DNA of 64,000 nucleotides from Candidatus Fervidifonticultor quintus (GCA_031459535.1 JAVKIJ010000003.1:1-64000), one strand, 5' to 3'; positions 38,693 to 48,200 are shown, counted from the stretch's first letter. Made by a program: numbers and translations. The notes: generated by a model from the letters alone, not told the origin.

Positions 38693-39580
38693 TCATGATG
38701 TCGGTGTCTCCGACGCCCGGTCCCCCAGGGCCGCTGGCTGGAGACTGACCACTCGGCGGGGTGACGACATGGGAATCCCCGCGCGATCGAAGGCCGCCTT
38801 CAACCGCAATCGCAGCTCTCGTTCCGCTCCCACGGCGGCCGATGGCCGGACCATCAACACGAGCCGCACCAGCACCTCCGTGGCTCCGAACTCCATGATG
38901 CCCTGGACCTCGGGTGCGGCCAGCACCAGGTCTGCGTGCTGCGCGGACCACTCCTGTCCGACCTGCTGCATGATCGCCAGGGCTCGCCCCATGTCGGCCT
39001 CGTAGGCCACCCCGACCTGCACGATGGCCCGCATGAATCCCCGGTTCTGGTTGCCGAACTGCAGAATCTGGCCGTTGGGAATCGTGACGAGCTCGCCGGA
39101 GTAGCGCCTGATCTGCGTGGTGCGCAGGTTGACCCGCTCGACCTCGCCCGTCACGTCGCCGATGCGCACCACATCACCGACCTGGATGAGCCCTTCGAAG
39201 AGCATGAGGAACCCGGCGATGAAGTCCCGGATCGTCTGCTGCGCGCCGAAGCCAACGGCCACGCCCACCAACCCCGCACTGGCCACCAGGGTCGCCACGT
39301 TGAAGTGCAGCCGGTCGAGGATCATCAGCAGCGCGGCGAACGCGAATGCATAGCGTAGCGCGCTCTCCGCCAGGGGGACGAGCGTGCGCAGCTGGGCGCG
39401 CCGTTCCGGCGGCCAGCGCGGATCGTCGGGCCGGATCCAGCGCCGCAGCACCGCGGTGGCCAGGCCCAGGGCCAGCCGGGTCCCCACCAAGATGAGGACC
39501 ACGGCGATGGCGGTCTCTACCGCCGCTTCGATCCGCGTGGGATGGAGCAGGTCGCCGAGAATCCGCTGCAGGTATCCCAT
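38693..39580 (-). CDS. Small-conductance mechanosensitive channel (MscS family)
   Basis: GVAVGFGAQQTIRDFIAG, VGDVVRIG..GEVERVNLRTT and TIPNG. Confidence 0.88.
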   Translation of the reverse strand: MGYLQRILGDLLHPTRIEAAVETAIAVVLILVGTRLALGLATAVLRRWIRPDDPRWPPERRAQLRTLVPLAESALRYAFAFAALLMILDRLHFNVATLVASAGLVGVAVGFGAQQTIRDFIAGFLMLFEGLIQVGDVVRIGDVTGEVERVNLRTTQIRRYSGELVTIPNGQILQFGNQNRGFMRAIVQVGVAYEADMGRALAIMQQVGQEWSAQHADLVLAAPEVQGIMEFGATEVLVRLVLMVRPSAAVGAERELRLRLKAAFDRAGIPMSSPRRVVSLQPAALGDRASETPTS

Positions 39581-39590
39581 GCCGCGCGAC

Positions 39591-39923
39591 TCAGCGCAGC
39601 CGCCCGCGCCGCCTGGCCGCAATAGCGATCCGGCGGTTGGCGCGTTCCAGCACCCGGGCCGCCGCGTCCACCTCCTGGAGATCGGCCGCGTCGAGCCGCC
39701 ACTTGATCTCGCGGATCAGCTCGTCGCCGGTCATCTCGGGTGGCGTCCAGGGTCGGGCGCGTCCGTACTGCCGACGCTGCCTGGCAGCCTCGAGGGCTCC
39801 CAGCACCTCCCGTCGGACCGCGCGAGGTGCGGCGACCACGGCTCCGCGCAGGCGGCTGCGCAGCACCAGCAGCCTGCGGAGTTCCGATCCGGAGAGCGCA
39901 GATCGCGGATCAGACGCGGTCAT
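39591..39923 (-). CDS. Hypothetical Arg-rich helical protein
   Basis: 110-aa ORF that fills the gap upstream of mscS on the same strand. No recognisable motif. Confidence 0.5.
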   Translation of the reverse strand: MTASDPRSALSGSELRRLLVLRSRLRGAVVAAPRAVRREVLGALEAARQRRQYGRARPWTPPEMTGDELIREIKWRLDAADLQEVDAAARVLERANRRIAIAARRRGRLR

Positions 39924-39988
39924 CGCTGTCTTAGGTTCGTGCTGGCGGCCTGGCTCCCTCTCGACCCGGGTGCGCGTGGCGCCAGGTG

Positions 39989-40013
39989 GGGAAATCCCCA
40001 CAGCCCGCCGAAG
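39989..40013 (+). promoter_or_regulatory. GGGA-N17-GAAG promoter-like motif, leaderless PGI/PMI start
   Basis: GGGA 39989-39992, GAAG 40010-40013, 9 nt to ATG 40023, no SD. Confidence 0.45.
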
Positions 40014-40022
40014 CCCTTGCCC

Positions 40023-41075
40023 ATGGTGCTCGACCATCCCGACCAGATCAGTCGCGCAGACGCCAGTGACATGCTCGGCGCCATCGCGAGCATGAGCCGC
40101 ATGCTCACCGAAGGATGGGAAGCGGGCGGGGGATTGGTCCTGCCCCGCGTCCCGCAGGCCGTGGCGGTCTGTGGGCTGGGCGGCTCGGCCATCGGCGGCG
40201 ACCTGCTGGCCGTGCTGCTGGAGGCCTCATCGCCGGCGCCGGTCCTGACCATCAGGGCCGAGGCGCTCCCGGCCTTCGCCGGGCCGCAGACACTGGTATT
40301 CCTCTGCTCGTACTCGGGCGACACCGAAGAGACCCTGGCGGCGTATGAGGAGGCCCGGCGCGCGGGGGCCATGGTGGTTGCGGTCACCTCGGGCGGGCGA
40401 CTGGCCGACCTGGCGCGCGCACAGCGAGTGCCGCTGGCGCTGGTGAGGGCTGGATTGCAGCCGCGGGCCGCGCTGCCGCTGCTGCTGCTGCCCATGTTGC
40501 GGGTAGCCGCCTCGTGCGGCTTGACCGGTGCGGGCGAGCGCGAGGTGCGCGAGGCCGCCGGCCTGCTCGCCGGCCTCGTATCCAGGTGGGGTCCGCACGT
40601 CTCGTCAGCCGGCAACCCGGCGAAGGCGCTGGCCGCGGCCCTGCACGGCGTCATGCCCGCGGTCTACGCGTCGTCCCCCCGCCTGGAGCCGGTGGCCAGA
40701 CGGTGGAAGACGCAGTTCAACGAGAACAGCAAACGCTTCGGCGTGTTCAACGCGTTTCCGGAGCTGGTCCACAACGAGATCGTCGGATGGGAAGCCGTCA
40801 AGGCGGGAGGGCCCCCGATTCACGTCGTCCTCCTCCGGGACGCCCACGATACACCCCGTGCCGCGCGGCGAGTGGAGGCTGCCTCGGAGATCATCGCCGG
40901 CCGGGCACGGGGCATCACCGAGGTGTGGAGCCAGGGCAGCGGACTGCTGGCCAGGCTGTTCTCGCTGATCTTGTTCGGCGACCTGGTGAGTGTCTACCTG
41001 GCGGTCCTGGAGGGCGCTGATCCCACGTCCGTGGAGCCCATCGCGCGCATCAAGGCCAGACTCCGGGAACCCTAA
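40023..41075 (+). CDS. Bifunctional phosphoglucose/phosphomannose isomerase (SIS)
   Basis: GLGGSAIGGD, SYSGDTEET, TSGGRL, QPRAA, RWKTQFNENSK and PELVHNE. Confidence 0.92.
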   Translation: MVLDHPDQISRADASDMLGAIASMSRMLTEGWEAGGGLVLPRVPQAVAVCGLGGSAIGGDLLAVLLEASSPAPVLTIRAEALPAFAGPQTLVFLCSYSGDTEETLAAYEEARRAGAMVVAVTSGGRLADLARAQRVPLALVRAGLQPRAALPLLLLPMLRVAASCGLTGAGEREVREAAGLLAGLVSRWGPHVSSAGNPAKALAAALHGVMPAVYASSPRLEPVARRWKTQFNENSKRFGVFNAFPELVHNEIVGWEAVKAGGPPIHVVLLRDAHDTPRAARRVEAASEIIAGRARGITEVWSQGSGLLARLFSLILFGDLVSVYLAVLEGADPTSVEPIARIKARLREP

Positions 41076-41172
41076 CCCCGCAGACACGGCAGGAACGCCC
41101 TTCCGTGCGCGAAGAAGTACAATGTCGTACAATGGAGCGTGGGGAAACGGGTTCGATCTGCGGAGGCCACAG

Positions 41173-42273
41173 ATGGCTCGCGTGTATTTGGAAGGTGTCA
41201 CGAAGCGATTCGGCCAGGTGACGGCGGTCAACAACGTGACCCTGGAGATTCCTGACCGGCAGTTCACGGTGCTGGTGGGACCGTCTGGGTGCGGGAAGAC
41301 CACAGCCCTGCGCCTGGTGGCGGGCCTGGAGGAAGCCACGGCCGGCGACATCTATATCGGCGATCGCCGGGTCAACGACGTGGCGCCTAAGGACCGGGAC
41401 ATCGCCATGGTGTTCCAGAACTACGCGTTGTACCCCCACATGTCGGTCTACGACAACATGGCCTTCGGCCTGCGCTTGCGCAAGTACCCGCGCAGTGAGA
41501 TCGACAGGCGTGTCAAGGAGGCGGCACAGCTGCTGGGTATCGAGCAGTTGCTCGACCGCAAGCCCAAACAGCTGTCGGGCGGTCAGCGCCAGCGCGTGGC
41601 TCTGGGCCGGGCCATCGTGCGCGAGCCCCAGGTGTTCCTGATGGACGAGCCGCTGTCGAACCTGGATGCGAAACTACGGGTGCAGACCCGGGCCGAGATC
41701 AAGAAGCTCCAGGCGCGCCTGCAGACCACGACCATCTACGTGACGCACGACCAGGTCGAGGCCATGACCATGGGAGACCGCATCGTGGTCATGCGGGACG
41801 GTCTGGTCCAGCAGGTGGACACCCCGCTGAACCTCTACGAGAAACCGGCGAACCTGTTCGTGGCCGGATTCATCGGCAGTCCCGCCATGAACTTCATCGA
41901 GGCGACGCTGGTGCAGAGGGACGGCGTGGTGGCGGTGGATGCCGGTTCGTTTGCCATGGAGGTGCCTGCCGATATTGTGCCCCATGCGAGGGATTGGGTG
42001 GGCAGGAAAGTCATCTTCGGCATCCGGCCCGAGGACATCCAGGACAGGGCGTTTGCCCGCGACGCGAACCACAAGTGGGCGCTCAGGGCCATGGTCGAGG
42101 TCCACGAGCCCCTGGGCTCGGATGTCATCCTCTACCTGAGCACCGGGCCGCACTCCATCGTCGCCCGGGTGGACGCTCACAGCCAGGCCCGCATGGGACA
42201 CGAGACCGAAGTCGTGTTCAACATGCGGCGGATGCACCTGTTCGACCCGCAAACGCACGCGGCGATCATCTGA
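41173..42273 (+). CDS. Carbohydrate ABC transporter ATP-binding protein (MalK/MsmX/UgpC type), stand-alone
   Basis: GPSGCGKT, VFQNYALYPHM, LSGGQRQRVALGR, DEPLSNLDAKLR and TOBE C-terminus. Confidence 0.95.
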   Translation: MARVYLEGVTKRFGQVTAVNNVTLEIPDRQFTVLVGPSGCGKTTALRLVAGLEEATAGDIYIGDRRVNDVAPKDRDIAMVFQNYALYPHMSVYDNMAFGLRLRKYPRSEIDRRVKEAAQLLGIEQLLDRKPKQLSGGQRQRVALGRAIVREPQVFLMDEPLSNLDAKLRVQTRAEIKKLQARLQTTTIYVTHDQVEAMTMGDRIVVMRDGLVQQVDTPLNLYEKPANLFVAGFIGSPAMNFIEATLVQRDGVVAVDAGSFAMEVPADIVPHARDWVGRKVIFGIRPEDIQDRAFARDANHKWALRAMVEVHEPLGSDVILYLSTGPHSIVARVDAHSQARMGHETEVVFNMRRMHLFDPQTHAAII

Positions 42274-42312
42274 CGCCGCCCGAGGCGCGGCCGACCGGTC
42301 CGCCACCGACAT

Positions 42313-42348
42313 CGGCGCAGGAGGAGCGCGCAGGCTCCTCCTGCGCCG
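42313..42348. terminator. Perfect 15-bp hairpin between convergent genes (probable bidirectional terminator)
   Basis: CGGCGCAGGAGGAGC-gcgcag-GCTCCTCCTGCGCCG. No U-tract. Confidence 0.65.
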
Positions 42349-42353
42349 CGTTG

Positions 42354-43226
42354 CTACTTCTCCCGAAACCCCGCCTCGGCCATGTCGGCCAGAGGCCCCA
42401 GCAGCTTCGTAAACTCCATCGGGAAAATGAACTTGGTCGCCTGCCCCTGCCCCAGCGCTTTCAGCGTCTCCAGGTACTGGAGGGCCATGGTCTTGGCGTC
42501 GACGGTCTGCGCCACCTTGAAGATGGTGTCCAGCGCCAGGGAGAAGCCTTCGGCGCGCAGGATGGCCGCCTGCCGGTCGCCTTCGGCGCGCAGGATGGCC
42601 GCCTGTTTCTCGCCCTCGGCCACCTTGATGGCTGCCTCGCGCTTGCCGTCGGCTTCGGTGACCACGGCGCGGCGGGTCCGCTCCGCCGACATCTGCCGGG
42701 TCATGGCCTCCTGCACGTCCTTGGGCGGCAGGATCTCGCGGATCTCGACCGTCGTGACCTTGACGCCCCAGCGCTCAGTGACCTCGTCGAGCTTGGACCG
42801 CAGCACCTGGTTGATCTGCTCGCGGCGGGCCAGCACGTCGTCCAGGATGATGTCGCCGATGACCGCGCGCAACGTGGTGGTCGCGATGCCCCGGGCGGCG
42901 CCGGCGAAGTCGCCAACCGCGATGACCGAGTTCACGGGGTCCACGACTTTCCAGTAGATGAGGAAGTCGATGTTGATGGGCGCGTTGTCCCGCGTGATGC
43001 ACGTCTGTGACGGGATCTCCAGGAAAACCTCGCGCAGGTCGACCCACACCGCGCGGTCGACCAGCGGGATGAGGAAGACGATGCCCGGCCCCTTCTGCCC
43101 GATGCACTTCCCCAGCCGGAACACCACCAGCCGCTGGTACTCCCGCACGATCTTGATCCCCAGGTAGAGGACGTACATCAGTGCCAGGAGGATGGCGACC
43201 ATGTAGATGAACCCGGTTTCCGGCAT
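42354..43226 (-). CDS. SPFH/Band 7 (stomatin/paraslipin-like) protein
   Basis: One N-terminal TM, VREYQRLVVFRLG, ITRDN, TTLRAVIG, WGVKVTTVE and QMSAER plus AEG coiled-coil repeats. ATG 43226 follows GGAGG. Confidence 0.92.
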   Translation of the reverse strand: MPETGFIYMVAILLALMYVLYLGIKIVREYQRLVVFRLGKCIGQKGPGIVFLIPLVDRAVWVDLREVFLEIPSQTCITRDNAPINIDFLIYWKVVDPVNSVIAVGDFAGAARGIATTTLRAVIGDIILDDVLARREQINQVLRSKLDEVTERWGVKVTTVEIREILPPKDVQEAMTRQMSAERTRRAVVTEADGKREAAIKVAEGEKQAAILRAEGDRQAAILRAEGFSLALDTIFKVAQTVDAKTMALQYLETLKALGQGQATKFIFPMEFTKLLGPLADMAEAGFREK

Positions 43227-43263
43227 TTCCCGCACCTCCCGATGAGCGCCGCGCGGAGTGTTA

Positions 43264-43352
43264 CTTCTGGCCGGGTCGTGGGCCTTCCTTGGTGCCAGGC
43301 CGACAGAGCGGGGAGGGTGTGGAGACCAGGACCGGCCGCGGCGGGGCCGAAT
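43264..43352. promoter_or_regulatory. Divergent AGGA-N18-GAAG (minus, SPFH) and AGGA-N17-GAAT (plus, ROK) motifs
   Basis: Minus strand: AGGA 43286-43289, GAAG 43264-43267. Plus strand: AGGA 43328-43331, GAAT 43349-43352. Confidence 0.5.
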
Positions 43353-43372
43353 CGGTTCGCGGAGGTGTGCCG

Positions 43373-44353
43373 ATGTCCGAGCGCTATCTGGGCGTCGATC
43401 TGGGTGGGACCAAGATCCTGGCGGCCCTGGTGGACGAGCGGGGGCGGGTGCTGGTCAGGGAGCGGGCGCCCACACCGGAGGGCGGTCCTGAGGCGGTCAT
43501 TGGCACCATCGTGGACCGCGTCCATGCCCTCTGCCGCCGGGCCGGTCAGGACATCGGCGTCGTGCGAGGCCTCGGCGTGGGCGCTCCGGGCCCCATGGAC
43601 CCGCTCTCGGGCGTGGTGTTCGAGCCGCCGAACCTGCCCGGGTGGCGCGATGTGCCCCTGGGGCAGCTCCTGTCGGCCAGTCTGGGGATTGCGGTCTTCG
43701 TTGAGAACGATGCCAACGCCGCCGCGCTGGCCGAGCATTGGGTCGGCGCCGGAGTCGGGGTTGACGATCTCATCTACATGACCGTGAGCACCGGAATTGG
43801 CGGCGGCCTCATTCTGGGCGGACGGCTCTATCACGGCGCCGCGGGGACCGCCGGTGAGGTTGGCCACATGGTCATCGAGCCGGGCGGGCCGCGCTGCAAC
43901 TGTGGCCGCTTCGGATGCCTGGAAGCCCTGGCTTCGGGGCCGTCGATCGCCCGCGAGGCGCGCGCGGCGGTGGCCGCGGGCCGGCCGACCGTGCTCGCGG
44001 CGATTCCATCACAGGCGCTGAACGCCGCGGCCGTGGCCCGTGCGGCGCTGGACGGTGATCCGGTCGCCCGCGAGATCTACGCGCGCGCGGCTGCGGCGCT
44101 GGGGACCGGGATCACCAACTTGGTGAACCTGCTCAATCCCGCCATGGTGATCCTCGGCGGCGGCGTGACCCGTGCCGGCGAGCTGATCTTCGCCCCGGTG
44201 CGGCGCATCGTGCGGCAGGAGGCGTTCGAGCGGCCCGCCAGCGCCGTGCAGATCGTTCCCGCGGCGCTGGGCGATGATGTGGGCGCCATCGGTGCGGCCG
44301 CCGTGGTGCGCGACCGGCTGGCGGAGCGCGGTGGGCAGGCCTCTCCTCTATAG
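43373..44353 (+). CDS. ROK family sugar kinase (glucokinase-like)
   Basis: GVDLGGTKI, ENDANAAALAE, GIGGG and GEVGH...CNCGRFGCLE. No HTH. Confidence 0.9.
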   Translation: MSERYLGVDLGGTKILAALVDERGRVLVRERAPTPEGGPEAVIGTIVDRVHALCRRAGQDIGVVRGLGVGAPGPMDPLSGVVFEPPNLPGWRDVPLGQLLSASLGIAVFVENDANAAALAEHWVGAGVGVDDLIYMTVSTGIGGGLILGGRLYHGAAGTAGEVGHMVIEPGGPRCNCGRFGCLEALASGPSIAREARAAVAAGRPTVLAAIPSQALNAAAVARAALDGDPVAREIYARAAAALGTGITNLVNLLNPAMVILGGGVTRAGELIFAPVRRIVRQEAFERPASAVQIVPAALGDDVGAIGAAAVVRDRLAERGGQASPL

Positions 44354-44362
44354 GGACTTCCT

Positions 44363-45715
44363 CTACGGCGCCTCCAGGTCGATCCGCCGCGCCACGAAGT
44401 TCGTGTACACCTCGCCGCGGCGGAAGAAGCCGTTGTCCAGCACCCGCAGGTGGAACGGGATCGTGGTGTGGATGCCGGCGATCTCGAACTCAGCCAGCGC
44501 CCGCCGCATCCGCGCGATGGACTCCTCCCGCGTCCGACCCCACGCGATGGCCTTCGCCACCAGCGAGTCGTAGTGAGGTGGGATCGTATAGCCGGGATAG
44601 CAGTGCGTATCGACTCTCACGCCGGGACCGCCCGGCGGGTGGAAGGCGGTGATGGTGCCGGCCGAGGGCCGGAAGTTGTGGCGCGGGTCCTCGGCGTTGA
44701 TCCGACACTCGATGGCGTGCCCGCGGATCTCGACGTCGGCCTGGCGCAGCGCCAGCCGTTCGCCGGCGGCGATCCGGATCTGTTCCTTGACAATGTCCAG
44801 GCCGGTCACCATCTCGGTGACCGGGTGCTCGACCTGGATGCGCGTGTTCATCTCCATGAAGTAGAAGTCTTCGGCGGCATCCACCAGGAACTCCATGGTG
44901 CCGGCGTTGACATACCCGATGGACTGCGCCGCCCGCACTGCGGCCCGGCCCAGGGCTGCCAGCGTGCGCGGCCGCAGCCGCGGCGGCGGGGCCTCTTCGA
45001 TCAGTTTCTGGTGGCGTCGCTGGATGGAGCAGTCGCGCTCGCCCAGGTGGAGCACGGTGCCGTGGGCGTCAGCCAGGACCTGTACCTCGATGTGCCGGGG
45101 CTCCTCGATGTACTTCTCGATGTAGACGCGGCCGTCGCCGAAGGCGACCTCGGCCTCGCGTTGCGCGGTCTGGAGCGCGATCGGCAGGTCCTCAGCGGTA
45201 TGCACCACGCGCATGCCCCGTCCACCGCCGCCGGCAGCGGCTTTGATGATCAGGGGATACCCGATCTGCCGGGCCACGTCCCGCGCCGCGTGTTCGGCGG
45301 TCACGGGTCCGTTGCTGCCTGGGACTACGGGGACGCCGGCCTTGCGCATCTGCTCCCGCGCCGCGGCCTTGTCCCCCATCAGAGCCATCACGCGGGGCGG
45401 CGGGCCGATCCAGGCGATGCGGTGTTCGCCCACGATCTCCGCGAAGCGCGGATTCTCGGCCAGGAATCCGTACCCCGGGTGGATGGCGTCCACCCCGAGC
45501 AGGTCTGCGGTGGCCATGATGTTCGGGATGTTCAGGTAGGAGTCGGCGCTGGGAGCCGGCCCGATGCAGAACGCCTCGTCCGCCATCTTGACGTGGAGGG
45601 AGACCCGGTCGCTCTCCGAATAGACGGCCACGGTCCTGACCCCCAGTTCCCGGCACGCGCGGATGATGCGGACCGCAATCTCGCCGCGATTGGCGATCAG
45701 GACCTTGCGGAACAT
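44363..45715 (-). CDS. accC: Acetyl-CoA carboxylase biotin carboxylase subunit
   Basis: [40 protein letters not shown] and [10 protein letters not shown]. Confidence 0.96.
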   Translation of the reverse strand: MFRKVLIANRGEIAVRIIRACRELGVRTVAVYSESDRVSLHVKMADEAFCIGPAPSADSYLNIPNIMATADLLGVDAIHPGYGFLAENPRFAEIVGEHRIAWIGPPPRVMALMGDKAAAREQMRKAGVPVVPGSNGPVTAEHAARDVARQIGYPLIIKAAAGGGGRGMRVVHTAEDLPIALQTAQREAEVAFGDGRVYIEKYIEEPRHIEVQVLADAHGTVLHLGERDCSIQRRHQKLIEEAPPPRLRPRTLAALGRAAVRAAQSIGYVNAGTMEFLVDAAEDFYFMEMNTRIQVEHPVTEMVTGLDIVKEQIRIAAGERLALRQADVEIRGHAIECRINAEDPRHNFRPSAGTITAFHPPGGPGVRVDTHCYPGYTIPPHYDSLVAKAIAWGRTREESIARMRRALAEFEIAGIHTTIPFHLRVLDNGFFRRGEVYTNFVARRIDLEAP

Positions 45716-45718
45716 CCT

Positions 45719-46189
45719 CTAGCCCCGTGAGGCGGACGTGTCCAGCAGGAAGAGGGGTTGACCGTATTCCACCGGTGAGGCGTTCTCGACCAGCACGCGG
45801 GCGATGCGGCCAGCCTTCTCGGCTACGATCTCGTTGAAGAGCTTCATGGCCTCGATAATGCAGACCACCTGGCCCGGCTCGACGAAGTCGCCCTCGCTAA
45901 TGAACGGTGGGGCGTCAGGAGACGGCGACCGGTAGAATGTGCCGACCATGGGGGCGATCACCGGCTCCAGGTGGTCGAGCCCTCTCTCGGCGCTCGCGGC
46001 CGGTGCCGGGGCGCCGGCCGGGTGTGAGGCACCCGCGACTTGGACCGTGGCGGGCGCAACGGCTCCCGGGGTGGAGCGGCGCACGCGCACCTTGAGGGTC
46101 GGGCTCTCCACCTCGAGTTCGGCGAGCCCCGATTCTTCGGCGAGGCGCACGATCTCCCGCACTTGCTCCAGGTCGATCCGGTCGTTCAT
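45719..46189 (-). CDS. accB: Acetyl-CoA carboxylase biotin carboxyl carrier protein
   Basis: APMVGTFYRSPSP, EAMKLFNE biotinylation site and VEYGQPLF. Confidence 0.95.
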   Translation of the reverse strand: MNDRIDLEQVREIVRLAEESGLAELEVESPTLKVRVRRSTPGAVAPATVQVAGASHPAGAPAPAASAERGLDHLEPVIAPMVGTFYRSPSPDAPPFISEGDFVEPGQVVCIIEAMKLFNEIVAEKAGRIARVLVENASPVEYGQPLFLLDTSASRG

Positions 46190-47184
46190 GGCGCCTCCTC
46201 CTCGTAGTACCCCATGGCCCGGTACTTGGCATACCGCCGGTCGAGGAGCGCATCGATCGGCACACCGTCCATCGCCCGCAGGTGCCGGCGCAGCGCGTCG
46301 CCGACGGCCGCGATCGCGGCCTGCGGGTCGAGGTGCGCGCCGCCGCGAGGCTCGGGCACGACCTCGTCCACGATGCGCAGCCGCGCCAGTTCCGAGGCCG
46401 TCAGGCGCAGGGCCGCCGCCGCCTCGCGCGACCTCCCGGCGTCGCGCCAGAGGATGGCTGCGCACCCTTCGGGTGGGATGACCGTGTAGACCGCGTGTTC
46501 CAGCATCACGACCACGTCGCCGACGGCGATGGCCAGCGCCCCGCCGCTGCCGCCCTCGCCGGTGATGGCCACTAGAATCGGGGTACGCAGCCGGGTCATC
46601 TCCAGGATGTTGCGTGCGATGGCCTCGGCCTGTCCCCGCTCCTCGGCCTCGTCCCCCGGGTAGGCCGCCGGCGTGTCCACAACGCAGAGCACCGGATAGG
46701 CGAACTTTTCGGCCAGCTTCATCGCGCGCAGGGCCTTCCGGTAGCCCTCGGGGTTGGGCATCCCGAAGTGGTGAGCGATGTTCTCCTTGGTGTCCTTGCC
46801 CTTGTGCGGGCCGATGGCCACCACGGGGCGACCGTCAAACCAGCCGAGCCCGCAGCACATGGCGGGATCGTCCCCAAACAGCCGGTCGCCGTGGATCTCC
46901 AGGAAGTCGGTGACCAGGGCCCGGATGAAGTCCTGTGCCTTGGGACGTTGCGGATGCCGGGCCAGTGCCACGGCGTGCCAGGCCTGTCGGTGATCCCACA
47001 ACGCCTGCTGGAGTTCCGCGACACGGGCCTCCAGGACGCGGATCTGCTCGCCGAGGTTGACGTGTTCCTTCTGCTCGCGCCGGCGCAGAGCCCCGATGTC
47101 CCTCTGGATCTCGGCGAGGCGCTGCTCGATCTCCGTCGCGCGGGCTTCCGCCGCCAGATCCCGTTCGGGCAATGTGACGCCCAC
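46186..47184 (-). CDS. accA: Acetyl-CoA carboxylase carboxyltransferase alpha subunit
   Basis: ARHPQRP, HGDRLFGDD, PEGYRKA, AEERGQAEAIA and GEGGSGGALA. Confidence 0.95.
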   Translation of the reverse strand: MGVTLPERDLAAEARATEIEQRLAEIQRDIGALRRREQKEHVNLGEQIRVLEARVAELQQALWDHRQAWHAVALARHPQRPKAQDFIRALVTDFLEIHGDRLFGDDPAMCCGLGWFDGRPVVAIGPHKGKDTKENIAHHFGMPNPEGYRKALRAMKLAEKFAYPVLCVVDTPAAYPGDEAEERGQAEAIARNILEMTRLRTPILVAITGEGGSGGALAIAVGDVVVMLEHAVYTVIPPEGCAAILWRDAGRSREAAAALRLTASELARLRIVDEVVPEPRGGAHLDPQAAIAAVGDALRRHLRAMDGVPIDALLDRRYAKYRAMGYYEEEAP

Positions 47185-47187
47185 GCG

Positions 47188-48090
47188 TCAGGCCGCTCCC
47201 CCGTCGGCCGCATCGCCGGATGCCTGGGCCGCTATGGAGACAGGCTCGGACGGCTCCGCCTGCGGAGCCCCGAAAAAGCGCAGCAGCCGCGCCAGTGTGG
47301 CCCGCATCTGCGCCCGGGGTACCACCATGTCGATGAGGCCGTGCTCCAGGCAGAACTCTGCGGTCTGGAAGTTCTCGGGCAGCTTGCGACGGATCGTCTG
47401 CTCGATGACCCGGCGGCCGGCAAACCCGATGAGCGCGCCGGGCTCGGCGAGAATCACGTCGCCCTGGAAGGCAAAGCTGGCAGTCACCCCGCCGGTCGTG
47501 GGGTCGCACATGACCGAGACGTAGGGCAGGCGCGCTTGGTGCAGGCGCCCGATCGCAGCACTGGTCTTGGCCAGCTGCATCAGTGACAGAGTGCCCTCTT
47601 GCATGCGGGCGCCGCCCGACGCGGAGAAGGTAACCAGAGGCAGGCGCTCGGCGAGGGCCCGCTCCGCGATCCGCGCGATCTTCTCCCCGACGACCGACCC
47701 CATTGAGCCGCCCATGAACTCGAAGTCGAGGGCCGCGACGGCGGTCCGTAGACCCTCGATGGCACCCAACCCAATGATGACCGCGTCTCCGTTGCCAGTC
47801 TTCTCGCGGGCCTCCCGCAGTTTCTCGGCGTAGCCCACGAAGCGCAACGGGTCGCCCGAGATCATGGAGGCGTCCGCCTCGTGGAACGAGTCCCGATCCA
47901 GCACCAGGGCCAGACGCTCCTCGGCGCTGAGCCGGTGGTGGTAGCCACAGGCCGGGCAGACCCGGAGGTTGGCGACCAGGTCCTTGTGGTACACCGTCGC
48001 GCCGCACTTTGGACACTTGGTCCACAGCCCGTCGGGCGTCTCGCGGCGTTCGATGCGACCGTACTTGGGACGGCGCAGCCAGTTCAGCAT
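47188..48090 (-). CDS. accD: Acetyl-CoA carboxylase carboxyltransferase beta subunit
   Basis: Zn finger WTKCPKC...[29 protein letters not shown] and [10 protein letters not shown]. Confidence 0.95.
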   Translation of the reverse strand: MLNWLRRPKYGRIERRETPDGLWTKCPKCGATVYHKDLVANLRVCPACGYHHRLSAEERLALVLDRDSFHEADASMISGDPLRFVGYAEKLREAREKTGNGDAVIIGLGAIEGLRTAVAALDFEFMGGSMGSVVGEKIARIAERALAERLPLVTFSASGGARMQEGTLSLMQLAKTSAAIGRLHQARLPYVSVMCDPTTGGVTASFAFQGDVILAEPGALIGFAGRRVIEQTIRRKLPENFQTAEFCLEHGLIDMVVPRAQMRATLARLLRFFGAPQAEPSEPVSIAAQASGDAADGGAA

Positions 48091-48116
48091 TCGCGCCCCG
48101 GTGGAAACGAAGGATC

Positions 48117-48157
48117 GGCGGACGGCTTCCCGTCCGCCACATCGTCATCCGATTATA
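48117..48157 (-). promoter_or_regulatory. acc operon -10 box and leader hairpin
   Basis: Minus-strand TATAAT at 48152-48157, then a perfect 9-bp stem GGCGGACGG-gaag-CCGTCCGCC (48117-48138) in the presumed 5' UTR. Confidence 0.55.
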
Positions 48158-48159
48158 CT

Positions 48160-48200
48160 CCAGCGGGCAGACCCCCGCCACCCGTCGGTCTGCCCGCTGG
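48160..48200 (-). terminator. 14-bp hairpin downstream of ferredoxin
   Basis: CCAGCGGGCAGACC (48160-48173) and GGTCTGCCCGCTGG (48187-48200). Confidence 0.5.

Noticed and set aside
42546..42605. 27-bp exact direct repeat with 33-bp period
   Set aside because: It lies inside the SPFH gene and encodes the 11-residue QAAILRAEG coiled-coil repeat typical of the family.
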